The notes under the pieces: model-generated
Seen by the model: the letters and a program-made list of their open reading frames with translations, nothing else
The model's database searches: none
Told to the model about the DNA's origin: nothing
Assembly: GCA_964583985.1 (NCBI GenBank)
Contig: CAZOYD010000034.1
Location: 1-36,443, forward strand
Direction of reading: 5' to 3'
DNA: 36,443 nucleotides
From: an uncultured archaeon
GTDB taxonomy: Archaea; Asgardarchaeota; Lokiarchaeia; Sigyniarchaeales; SOKP01
Shown here: positions 9,243 through 18,016 of the stretch, piece by piece
Layout: each line of letters starts with the position of its first letter
Position numbering within the stretch: position 1 is the stretch's first letter
Translations under genes and position numbers: made by a program

Positions 9243-11495
9243 TTAAAATATATTTGGGTGAACGTCTTTCCAAGTATCATATTCATCAAAGATCGTACTT
9301 ACTTTATTTAAAATATCAAAGAAAGCAAATTTAATATTTTCATCTTCACCAAACGTTTCTACAATGATTTTATTTAGATCTATACCATATTCTGAAGTCA
9401 AGTCAGAAATTTTTATTAGATCTTGTCTCTTAATACCTTTATCTTCAAGTTGATGAATTAGCTCTTCAAATTCATCTTTCAATTTGTTAGTTGCATCTAA
9501 AGATTTTGTGCATCTTTGTAGTAATTCTCTTTCTTTCTCAAATACAAATTTATCTTCTTCAGAAATTTCAATATTATCTCTAATTATTTCAATTCTTTCA
9601 ATCAGCAAGCTTTTCACTTTTTCGTAAATTTTTATTGCCATGTAAATCCTATCAAGACTCCTTGTGAGATTACTTTTTCTAAAAAGACGAGCTTCAATAA
9701 TTTTGAGATAAGCATCCTCGTAATAAATTTGTAGTTGACCGAATGTACTTTTCTCACCTTCACTAATCATTAACTCAATTTGTTGAAGATCTTCTTTTAA
9801 TAATTCTCGTTCTGCAGGTGTAACTTCTTCTCCTTTTAAGATAGAAAAAATTTGAGTCGCCATTTGTTTTATAGATGATGCTTTTATATTCAATTCATTT
9901 GCCTTTTTTTGAATTTCAGTAATGCTCCTAGAACTTCCTAATCTCTCGATATCATCCAATATCTCAATCGCATCATCTAATAATTTATTAAATTTATTAG
10001 GATTATCAAAAATATAATATTTTGAATCTTGAAATTTCTGTATAGCTCGATCCATTTGTATTTCTAATTCAAAAATGTAATCGATTATGGTAACTTGTTT
10101 TCTTTCTGATAAGATTCGAGTTTTTTCATCCATATCCTTTTCTACGCTGTTACTGGCAAAAATCCATAAAATAGCAGCAGGTAACCAGAAAAATATTGAG
10201 ATAAATGATAAGTTAAAAATACTTCCAAGTAATGATATTAATGGATATGATATAAATAGGGTAATGCTCTTTCCTAATTGTTCTGAAAGCTTAAAAAAGG
10301 AGGCGGCAGTTCCTTTATGTTCGGGTAAGTTTATATCTATCATTACGGCATTCCTGTTAGCAACTGGTCCTGCAGATAGCGTTGAGCCAATAAGGGCAAA
10401 TATCAGGAAAACGATATAACTTGGGTACGTTAAGAAAATTTGACCTATCGTTTGAAGAATGAAAGAAAACATTTCTCCAGTTGGAATTGTATCTGGTGGT
10501 ATTGGATAATTGATATTAAGAAGGTTAACATCGATTGGTTGCAATGAAAGAAACATTACTATTGCAAACGGAATGGAAAGAATGAGACAAATAGTTCCCA
10601 ATCTTACTCGATTTTTTTTATTTCTACGAAAAAGGAAATCTCCTAATTGAGAAAAGATGCTATTTCCAAGTATGTATCCTATACCTATCATCCCAGCAAA
10701 GATAGTCGAAGTCTGTATTCGAATTTCGGTCGGAATTTGATAAAAAAATTGAAGGGATAACATTGATGTCGTAAAATACACTAATACTGTACCAGGTATT
10801 ATCGCAAAGAAACCTTGGATAATTAGATAACGATTGGATTTTTGTTTTACAATGTTTATCAAATCTTTCTTAGAAATTTGATAACTATATTCTAAATCCA
10901 ATTCTATTAACTCTAATAATTCATCTTCACTCGCTCCTCTTTGGGGGATTTTCACGAAAAAAAGAACAATTATTACGACGATGCTTATCCCAGCAAATAA
11001 AAGAAATGGAAACCTCCACGTCAAAATCGGTCCTATAAATGATGATAATCCTTGACCTGCACCATTTGAAAAAGAACTTAAAATAGCTAACGTGCCAAAC
11101 CATCCTGATCTCTCCATTGGAGGAATAGCATCGGAGATAATAGAATAACCAACGGGTAAAACACATCCAAGTCCTGCACCGCTTGCTACCCTTGAAATGA
11201 TTAACATAAAAAAAGAATTTGAAAATGCAGTTAATATCATTCCAAATGTCCACGAAAAGGCGCCAGCCATAATTACTTTTGTTCTATTAATTTTGTCAGT
11301 AAAATACCCCCATACTAAAGCAAAAAGGGCACTTATTAAGACAAAGAACGCATCTGGAATCGCAATTAAAGCCTCACTGATGTTAAACTCTTTTTGTATT
11401 GTGGCATAACTAGGAATTAACATGCTAGCACACGCCGTAGAAATAAAAAGTAACACCATAACTAATATGATGGGAGCAAAATCCTTTAATTTCAC
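9243..11495 (-). CDS. MFS transporter (Spinster-like) with a ~290-aa cytoplasmic helical extension
   Basis: Motif A WGYFTDKINRTK, RVASGAG, WRFPF and about 12 TMs in residues 1-450, then a charged helical tail. GTG start. Confidence 0.85.
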   Translation of the reverse strand: MKLKDFAPIILVMVLLFISTACASMLIPSYATIQKEFNISEALIAIPDAFFVLISALFALVWGYFTDKINRTKVIMAGAFSWTFGMILTAFSNSFFMLIISRVASGAGLGCVLPVGYSIISDAIPPMERSGWFGTLAILSSFSNGAGQGLSSFIGPILTWRFPFLLFAGISIVVIIVLFFVKIPQRGASEDELLELIELDLEYSYQISKKDLINIVKQKSNRYLIIQGFFAIIPGTVLVYFTTSMLSLQFFYQIPTEIRIQTSTIFAGMIGIGYILGNSIFSQLGDFLFRRNKKNRVRLGTICLILSIPFAIVMFLSLQPIDVNLLNINYPIPPDTIPTGEMFSFILQTIGQIFLTYPSYIVFLIFALIGSTLSAGPVANRNAVMIDINLPEHKGTAASFFKLSEQLGKSITLFISYPLISLLGSIFNLSFISIFFWLPAAILWIFASNSVEKDMDEKTRILSERKQVTIIDYIFELEIQMDRAIQKFQDSKYYIFDNPNKFNKLLDDAIEILDDIERLGSSRSITEIQKKANELNIKASSIKQMATQIFSILKGEEVTPAERELLKEDLQQIELMISEGEKSTFGQLQIYYEDAYLKIIEARLFRKSNLTRSLDRIYMAIKIYEKVKSLLIERIEIIRDNIEISEEDKFVFEKERELLQRCTKSLDATNKLKDEFEELIHQLEDKGIKRQDLIKISDLTSEYGIDLNKIIVETFGEDENIKFAFFDILNKVSTIFDEYDTWKDVHPNIF

Positions 11496-11598
11496 CTGAG
11501 TTAACTTTAAAAGTTTGATAAGAAATTACCATCAGTTAGTTATTATGATAAATAGCATTTGGGACTTAAAAAAGGTTACAACCATATAGAATAACCAT

Positions 11599-12318
11599 TC
11601 AATCGTCAGTTTTAAATTGCTCTAAGGTAGTCATTTTGAAATAATAATTAAGAATCGTGTTAACATGTAAGTCCAAAGTATCCAAGACGTTAACATCAAC
11701 ATCTTCTTGACTAATAATTAAGGGAAGTTCAGTACATCCTAAAATGACTCCATCAGTCTTGTATTTATTAATAATACATAAAATCTCGTATTTGGATTCA
11801 TCTTTGAAAAGACCGATGACTAATTCTTCAAGAATGATGCGATTTATTCTATCTTGTTCCTCATTTGTGGGTGTTATCACTTCTATTCCCTCCTTTGCAA
11901 AAAAATTCTGATAAAAAGTTGACTGCATGGTATATTTTATACCTAATAGCAATAATTTCTTCATATTTTCTTGCCGTGCTTTCTCAGCGGTAGCTTTAAC
12001 AATGCTAATTAATGGAACTTTCGTAAGTTGGGCTAAAGCATCATATACTGCGTGGGGTGAGTTTGCAGCCATGGCGATAAAACTGACTCCTGCTTGTTCT
12101 AATGCAGTAATACTATCCAATAAATATTCGATATATCTCTCTCTATTATCGCCATATTCAAGATCTATTATTTTTTGAAAGTTTAGGCTGAATATTATTA
12201 CTTCTGGATAATTATAATCATGTTTTCTTTCAAAGTACTTTTCTAAGATTTGAACATAATATTTTACTGTAGAAGCATAACTCATTCCACCTATAATTCC
12301 AATCCTATTTGAGTTCAT
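11599..12318 (-). CDS. Aspartate/glutamate racemase family protein (single catalytic Cys variant)
   Basis: IGIIGGMS..ST..YY and ILGCTELP; the first catalytic motif reads AANSPH. Confidence 0.88.
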   Translation of the reverse strand: MNSNRIGIIGGMSYASTVKYYVQILEKYFERKHDYNYPEVIIFSLNFQKIIDLEYGDNRERYIEYLLDSITALEQAGVSFIAMAANSPHAVYDALAQLTKVPLISIVKATAEKARQENMKKLLLLGIKYTMQSTFYQNFFAKEGIEVITPTNEEQDRINRIILEELVIGLFKDESKYEILCIINKYKTDGVILGCTELPLIISQEDVDVNVLDTLDLHVNTILNYYFKMTTLEQFKTDD

Positions 12319-12395
12319 TTTTCTTGTAAATCTTCATTTCAATTTCTTATAATTCGAATAATTAAGAATGATAACTTAGATTATTTTTAAAATCT

Positions 12396-12417
12396 TCGTG
12401 AAATCGGGATTTCACGA
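12396..12417. promoter_or_regulatory. Perfect inverted repeat in a divergent intergenic region
   Basis: tcgtgaaatc-gg-gatttcacga, 10-bp perfect arms. Confidence 0.45.
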
Positions 12418-12553
12418 TCTTTTATGTATTTCAGTATATTATCATAATATTACAATTTATCATTAATAACAATTTAATCTAAACAAAAAAAATAAAATCA
12501 TTCTGAAATAATTCTTCCTATATCTTTAACCAATTTTAAAAGAACTTACAATC

Positions 12554-13336
12554 ATGAGATCTCACCATCTACTTGCAATAGAAAAATTTACCCAATATAT
12601 AAAGGAAGACCCTAAATTCATTGCTCTTATTATTGGTGGTTCAATAGCTAAGGGATTAGAGCGTGAAGATTCCGATATCGATGGAATAATTATCGCTACT
12701 GATGAAGAATTTAACAAAAGAAGTAAAAGAAATCGATTTTTATTTTATGATCCATCATTTTGTGATTACCCTGGAGGATATGTTGAAGGGAAGATAGTAA
12801 ATCTTGAATTTTTAGAAACTGTAGCTGAACGGGGGACCGAGCCAGCACGAGATGCGTTTAGAGGTGCGTGGATATCATATTCTGAAATTCCAGAACTTGA
12901 GGATCTCTTGAAAAAAATTCCTGTTTTTCAAAAAGAGGAGAAAATTGAAAAAATACAGAAATTCCACGCTCAATTAGAAGTAGCAAATTGGTATGTTAAA
13001 GAAGCAGAAAGAAGAAATGATCCTTACTTATTAAACCGCGCAATTTTAGATTTAGTATTTTTTGGTGGAAGAATGATTTTAGAGCATAATGAAATTCTCT
13101 ATCCTTATCATAAATGGTTCATGAATGCATTAGAATTTGCACCTGATAAGCCTAAAGGGTTAATAAAGTTGATAGAAAACGTTTTAATGGAAAGAAACTC
13201 TACGAATGCTCAAGCTTTATATGATGTAATTAAAAGTTTTAGAAAGTGGGAAACTCGAGGTATTGCCAATGTGGGATTTTTACTTGATACAGAATTAGCA
13301 TGGTTAGAGGGAAAACCATACATAGGCGATATATAA
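12554..13336 (+). CDS. Nucleotidyltransferase domain protein
   Basis: IIGGSIAKG-x(4)-SDID signature; helical C-terminal domain with YPYHKW. Confidence 0.78.
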   Translation: MRSHHLLAIEKFTQYIKEDPKFIALIIGGSIAKGLEREDSDIDGIIIATDEEFNKRSKRNRFLFYDPSFCDYPGGYVEGKIVNLEFLETVAERGTEPARDAFRGAWISYSEIPELEDLLKKIPVFQKEEKIEKIQKFHAQLEVANWYVKEAERRNDPYLLNRAILDLVFFGGRMILEHNEILYPYHKWFMNALEFAPDKPKGLIKLIENVLMERNSTNAQALYDVIKSFRKWETRGIANVGFLLDTELAWLEGKPYIGDI

Positions 13337-13431
13337 CTTTTCTTTGTTATAAACGTGATAAATTTTCTGTAATTTTATTAATAAGAACATGCTAATCTTA
13401 TTATTAAAACTCTTTTTAATGGTTAGTGATT

Positions 13432-13845
13432 ATGAAAGGAAAATTGTTAGGTGGGATCTTAGCAATTGTCGGTGGAGCAATAATGCTTATTGCCGGGTTT
13501 ATGACACTTCTTACTATACCAGGTATAGAAGCTAATTTGGTTATTGCTGGTCTTACGTGGGATGACGTTGGAATCTCTCCATTCATCTTTTATTTGAGAT
13601 CGATACTTACATTTCTCTGGGCTTTATTAGGTATTATTGGTGGAATTATCTTAATAGTGAGTAAAAATATTGGTGGCTATTTAGCGTTGATTGGAGGTAT
13701 TTGTGGAATTGTAGGTAATTTTATAATTGTAGGGACATTGACAATCTATGTAAGCATTCCTGTTTCGCTATCTACATCGTTTTTGTTAGTAGATCCAATA
13801 TTAATAGCTCTAGGCGGTCTATTAGGGTTAATCTTTAAAAAATAA
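13432..13845 (+). CDS. Small Gly-rich membrane protein (4 TM)
   Basis: Hydrophobic throughout; internal repeat GGILAIVGG / GGYLALIGG. ATG 13432 preferred over GTG 13426. Confidence 0.7.
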   Translation: MKGKLLGGILAIVGGAIMLIAGFMTLLTIPGIEANLVIAGLTWDDVGISPFIFYLRSILTFLWALLGIIGGIILIVSKNIGGYLALIGGICGIVGNFIIVGTLTIYVSIPVSLSTSFLLVDPILIALGGLLGLIFKK

Positions 13846-13853
13846 TTACCTCC

Positions 13854-13862
13854 TTTTTTTTT
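13854..13862 (+). terminator. Oligo(T) archaeal-type terminator
   Basis: T9 run starting 9 nt after the stop codon. Confidence 0.4.
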
Positions 13863-14054
13863 GATCTTTTCAAATTAGACTTCGCCATATTTTGGCAAGA
13901 AAATAATAACAAATTTAAAAGAAATAAAACTAAATAAATAAAAAATATTATAAATGCTATTTTTAATTATTTAGTTAATTAGTAATTAAGAAAGTTGCTT
14001 TTATTAAATTTTAAAATCAAACCTCTTAAAGAAGGATAACTGAGGAATTAGAAA

Positions 14055-14432
14055 ATGCCAGTCGGAATACTAATTATTCGTTGGGATAATGAAATTGGAC
14101 CAATTAACGAAGGATTTTATCCAGAAAATCTGAAGATTACAAATAATTTATTAACACAAGTATATTCTTCTCATCGATATCAAAGTTTGAAACCTGGTTT
14201 TGCATCAATTAGTTTAAAGAACAATAAAGTCGTCTCATTCTTTTCAGGCGTCGGTGCAGATCATATTAGCATTGAAAATTACGTTGTTGCACTATTGTTG
14301 CGAAGAGATGAAAAACCTGCCTTATATCGGGAAATATTAAAGACTATTGCTGCCGAAATTCTAGATAAAATTCCGGATGGTAAGTTCAAAAAAGTATTAC
14401 CGGATCTTTACAAGGAATTGGCAAAAATTTAA
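14055..14432 (+). CDS. Stand-alone longin/uDENN-like protein
   Basis: GILIIRWDNEIGP...YP N-terminal motif and a beta-beta-alpha-beta-beta-beta-alpha-alpha pattern in 125 aa; GAGG RBS. Confidence 0.62.
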   Translation: MPVGILIIRWDNEIGPINEGFYPENLKITNNLLTQVYSSHRYQSLKPGFASISLKNNKVVSFFSGVGADHISIENYVVALLLRRDEKPALYREILKTIAAEILDKIPDGKFKKVLPDLYKELAKI

Positions 14433-14522
14433 GTTCATTTCTTACCGTAAAGGATATTACTTTACTTGCCAACACAAAAAGAAATAATAAATAAGTGAAA
14501 GTATATCCTTCAAAAATGAAAT

Positions 14523-15557
14523 TTACTGTTCAATTTTTTTCACGTGGATCTTTCCAATATCATCAATATCCAATAAATCAACTTCTTGAAGATTTTGTAC
14601 TATTTTTTTTACTAAAACAATTGGAGATCCCATTGCATTTCTTAAATCTTCTAAGGAAATGGATCCGACCTTTTCTATTATTAAAAATGCTTTGAACTGA
14701 GCTTCTTGCTCCATTAAAGGTGCGAGCTTGTTATAATAGGTGATTTTTGCTATATTTTTTTCCTTAAAATTTCGGAGTTCTATCATCGCTTCGTCGAATT
14801 TTCTTATTTCTGCTTCCAATTTTCTTTTTTCATCTCGTAATTCTTCATTTTTCTTGATTAAATCTTCTTGTTTATTTCGAATTTCCTCAAACCGTGATTT
14901 AATATCTTTCGCATCTGAAGAGGCTTCAGTTGAAACTAACTTACTATCTAGTAAAATTTGATCCATTTCTCTCAATCTAGCATTAGTTTCATTTTTTTCT
15001 TCCAAATGTAATCTTTTAATCGTTTCAACTTCTGATTTCCATTTTTGATCCATTTCATTTAATATTTTTACTTGTTCATCTTGTAATTTATCAGCAAAAG
15101 TTTGAATCTCTCTAATTTTATTTTCTAAATTTTTGATCCTTTCGGTCTTTAATAGAACTTCTGATTTTTTTTCAGCTAATTCGGCCTTGATCGTGCCAAT
15201 AATCTCGTAAGTTTCATCCAATCTTTTTTGAATTGGTTCCGATTGTTTTTTATATTGATCTAACTCCCGTTCTATTTGAATTGCAGTTCCTTTAGCATGA
15301 TCTAATTTCATTTCTTTCTCATTAAGTAAAGCTCTTTGAGTACCAATTAACTCCTTTAACTCTAAGATGTCCTCTGGGATATCATACATCTGAGAAATTT
15401 TCGCTTTTTGTTCTTCAATGATAATTTCTTGATCACTGATAATTCTTTTCTGCTTTTCAACCAATTCTTGGAGCCTATCTGCTTTTAATTTTGCCTCGGC
15501 AACTAAATTTTCACTTGATTCGATATTATCAAGAATATTTTTTATATCTTTTGACAT
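14523..15557 (-). CDS. Long coiled-coil protein with C-terminal winged-helix domain
   Basis: About 275 aa of E/K/Q/L-rich heptads, then FKAFLIIEKVGSISLEDLRNAMGSPIVLVKKIVQNLQEVDLLDID. Confidence 0.7.
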   Translation of the reverse strand: MSKDIKNILDNIESSENLVAEAKLKADRLQELVEKQKRIISDQEIIIEEQKAKISQMYDIPEDILELKELIGTQRALLNEKEMKLDHAKGTAIQIERELDQYKKQSEPIQKRLDETYEIIGTIKAELAEKKSEVLLKTERIKNLENKIREIQTFADKLQDEQVKILNEMDQKWKSEVETIKRLHLEEKNETNARLREMDQILLDSKLVSTEASSDAKDIKSRFEEIRNKQEDLIKKNEELRDEKRKLEAEIRKFDEAMIELRNFKEKNIAKITYYNKLAPLMEQEAQFKAFLIIEKVGSISLEDLRNAMGSPIVLVKKIVQNLQEVDLLDIDDIGKIHVKKIEQ

Positions 15558-15775
15558 TATAATCTTTGGCCTTTTCTTAATCGTTAAAATATTTCAAGGA
15601 ATAATTTTATTTTTAATTTACCTTTAAAAGATATTAAACAAATAATAGAAGGAATTTAAATAGTTATCGATATGAATATTAAATTTAAAAAACAAGTATT
15701 ATAATTTTAAAATTAGCTTATTCTCGTATCATTACTTAAGATTTGAATCTATTTTATTAAGCAGATACCATTAAT

Positions 15776-16978
15776 ATGCATATTATGGTTAAAATATCTC
15801 CTTTAACGCCCTATTTGCCAAACAATCCAGAAGAATTTACTACGAATCCTTATGATGTGATTGAGGATGATGAAGAAAGAGAATTGAAACTTAATTCAAA
15901 CTCATTAATTCATCTTATCTTACCTGATGGTGAAGATGAAGAAATATATGCGAATGCTGCTAAAGCGTATCAACGTTATAAAGATGAGGGAATAATAACC
16001 AAAGAATATCACCCAAGCATTTTTGTTTATAGGCAAGAATCAAAATTCTTTAGTCATCAAGGTCTGATTATGGGTTTATCCTTACACGATTATGAGTTGG
16101 GGAATATTGTAAAACATGAACATACTCGAGATAAACCACTAAAAGATCGAACTAATCATATTGTAGCAACTAACGTATCTGCGGGACTTGTGTGGAGTGT
16201 GTTTTCAGCAAATAAAAAAATTGACAAAATAATTGATAAAATTAAGAAGAAGGATCCCATATTCAGTTTTTCAAAGTATGATTACAAACATTTGTTATGG
16301 CAAGAAACAGACCAGAAGATTATTGAAAAATTGATTGAGTTATTTAAAAATGAGAAGGTTTATATTGCAGATGGGCATCATCGTGCTGCTAGTGCTGCTG
16401 AATACCGTAAAAAGCAATTGAGTGGAGTGAATAAAGAAGAATTAGAAAAACCTTGGCAATATCTCCTTTCTTATGTCGCTTCTGATGATCAAATTCGAAT
16501 CCTACCTTATAATCGGGTGATTAAAAAATTATCCATGGATGTTAAAGATTTTCTGAAAAAGTTGGAGGAAATATATGAAGTTCGACAAAGAGAAAGAGCT
16601 TTCGATCCAAAAAGAAAAAATCAAGTAGCCATGTGTCTCAAGGGAAAATGGTATGAATTAAATGTCAAGAATAAAAACTTCAAATCAAGAAGGGATAGCT
16701 TGGATGTTGCTATACTTCAAGATAAGGTATTAACTCCAATTTTAGACATTTCTGATCCAAAAGCAGATGAGAATATATTTTTTGTAGGAGGCGTATTGAA
16801 TCCTCTTGAAATGGAGAAATATGTAACAGAAAAAGGAAATGATATTTTTTTTAATTTATATCCCGTGAATATTAAGGATTTGGAAGCTATTGCAGATCTT
16901 GGAGAAGTAATGCCACCAAAATCAACTTGGTTTGATCCGAAAGTATTATCTGGGTTAGTTCTTCACGATTTGAAATAA
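15776..16978 (+). CDS. DUF1015 family protein
   Basis: PYDVI, IVKHEHT, YIADGHHR, and C-terminal MPPKSTWFDPK..SGL. Alternative start at ATG 15785. Confidence 0.9.
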   Translation: MHIMVKISPLTPYLPNNPEEFTTNPYDVIEDDEERELKLNSNSLIHLILPDGEDEEIYANAAKAYQRYKDEGIITKEYHPSIFVYRQESKFFSHQGLIMGLSLHDYELGNIVKHEHTRDKPLKDRTNHIVATNVSAGLVWSVFSANKKIDKIIDKIKKKDPIFSFSKYDYKHLLWQETDQKIIEKLIELFKNEKVYIADGHHRAASAAEYRKKQLSGVNKEELEKPWQYLLSYVASDDQIRILPYNRVIKKLSMDVKDFLKKLEEIYEVRQRERAFDPKRKNQVAMCLKGKWYELNVKNKNFKSRRDSLDVAILQDKVLTPILDISDPKADENIFFVGGVLNPLEMEKYVTEKGNDIFFNLYPVNIKDLEAIADLGEVMPPKSTWFDPKVLSGLVLHDLK

Positions 16979-16996
16979 ATAAAATATTTTTTTTCT

Positions 16997-17926
16997 TTAT
17001 TTTTTCAGAAAATGTACCATTTTTTCTGCGATCATCGTTGCTGCGGCATCTTGGTTTTCATTTGTTTGACTTCCAATATGAGGGGTTAATATTAGATTAT
17101 CAAAGCAATTTATTAGATTTTCATCCTTTAATGGTTCTTCCCTATATACATCCAAAGCAGCTCCACCAATTTTTTTATTTTTTAATGCCTTAATTAAAGC
17201 TTTCTCATCTATCAGTTTTCCTCTCGCAGTATTGATTATTATCGAATTAGGTTTCATCAATTTAAGCGTGGATTCATTGATTATATTGTTGGTATGCGGT
17301 GATGAGGGTAAGTGAAGAGAAATTATTTGTGCATCTTTCAGCGCATCTTCTATAGATTGATAAATCTCACATCCCATATTTTTGGCTTCATCAATAGCAA
17401 CTTGACCCTTACTAAATCTTGAATAAACGCCAACACTCATTCCCAATGAAATAGCACTCTTCGCCAATTGTTTAGCAATATTACCGAAGCCAATCAATGC
17501 TAACTTCTTACCATTGAGAGTATACCCTAAGTAATCATTTTTATTCCATTCACCTTGATGCATAGTTTTATCTGCAACAGTTATATATCTTGCTAAAGCA
17601 AACATCAAACCTAAAGCTAATTCCGCTACAGAAATTGAAGGTGCTTCTGGTGTATTTAATACAGTTATATTTAATTCTTCAGCTTTCTTTAGATCGATAT
17701 TATCTAGTCCAACCCCGGCTCTTCCTATTACTTTTAGGTTTTTAGCATTCTTTAAAATATCAGCGGTTAATTTAGTTCTTGATCTGATAACAATACCATC
17801 ATACTCAGCAATTTGATTGAGTAGTTCATCTTTTGAAAGGGTAAATTTTCTTACGGCTTCGAAACCGTTATCTTCAAATATTTTGATTCCTGCTTCATCA
17901 AGAGTGTCACTTATTAAAATCTTCAT
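16997..17926 (-). CDS. serA: D-3-phosphoglycerate dehydrogenase (short form, no ACT domain)
   Basis: IGRAGVGLDNID, SVAELA, IGFGNIA, INTARG, AALDVY.EEP and LTPHIG; lies downstream of a class V aminotransferase. Confidence 0.85.
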   Translation of the reverse strand: MKILISDTLDEAGIKIFEDNGFEAVRKFTLSKDELLNQIAEYDGIVIRSRTKLTADILKNAKNLKVIGRAGVGLDNIDLKKAEELNITVLNTPEAPSISVAELALGLMFALARYITVADKTMHQGEWNKNDYLGYTLNGKKLALIGFGNIAKQLAKSAISLGMSVGVYSRFSKGQVAIDEAKNMGCEIYQSIEDALKDAQIISLHLPSSPHTNNIINESTLKLMKPNSIIINTARGKLIDEKALIKALKNKKIGGAALDVYREEPLKDENLINCFDNLILTPHIGSQTNENQDAAATMIAEKMVHFLKK

Positions 17927-18016
17927 TTTGGATCACATACATGTTGAAATGATTTAATATTATTTGTAATGTTACTATTGTTTTAAAATAATTCTACAAA
18001 AAAAGATAAAAAAAAA

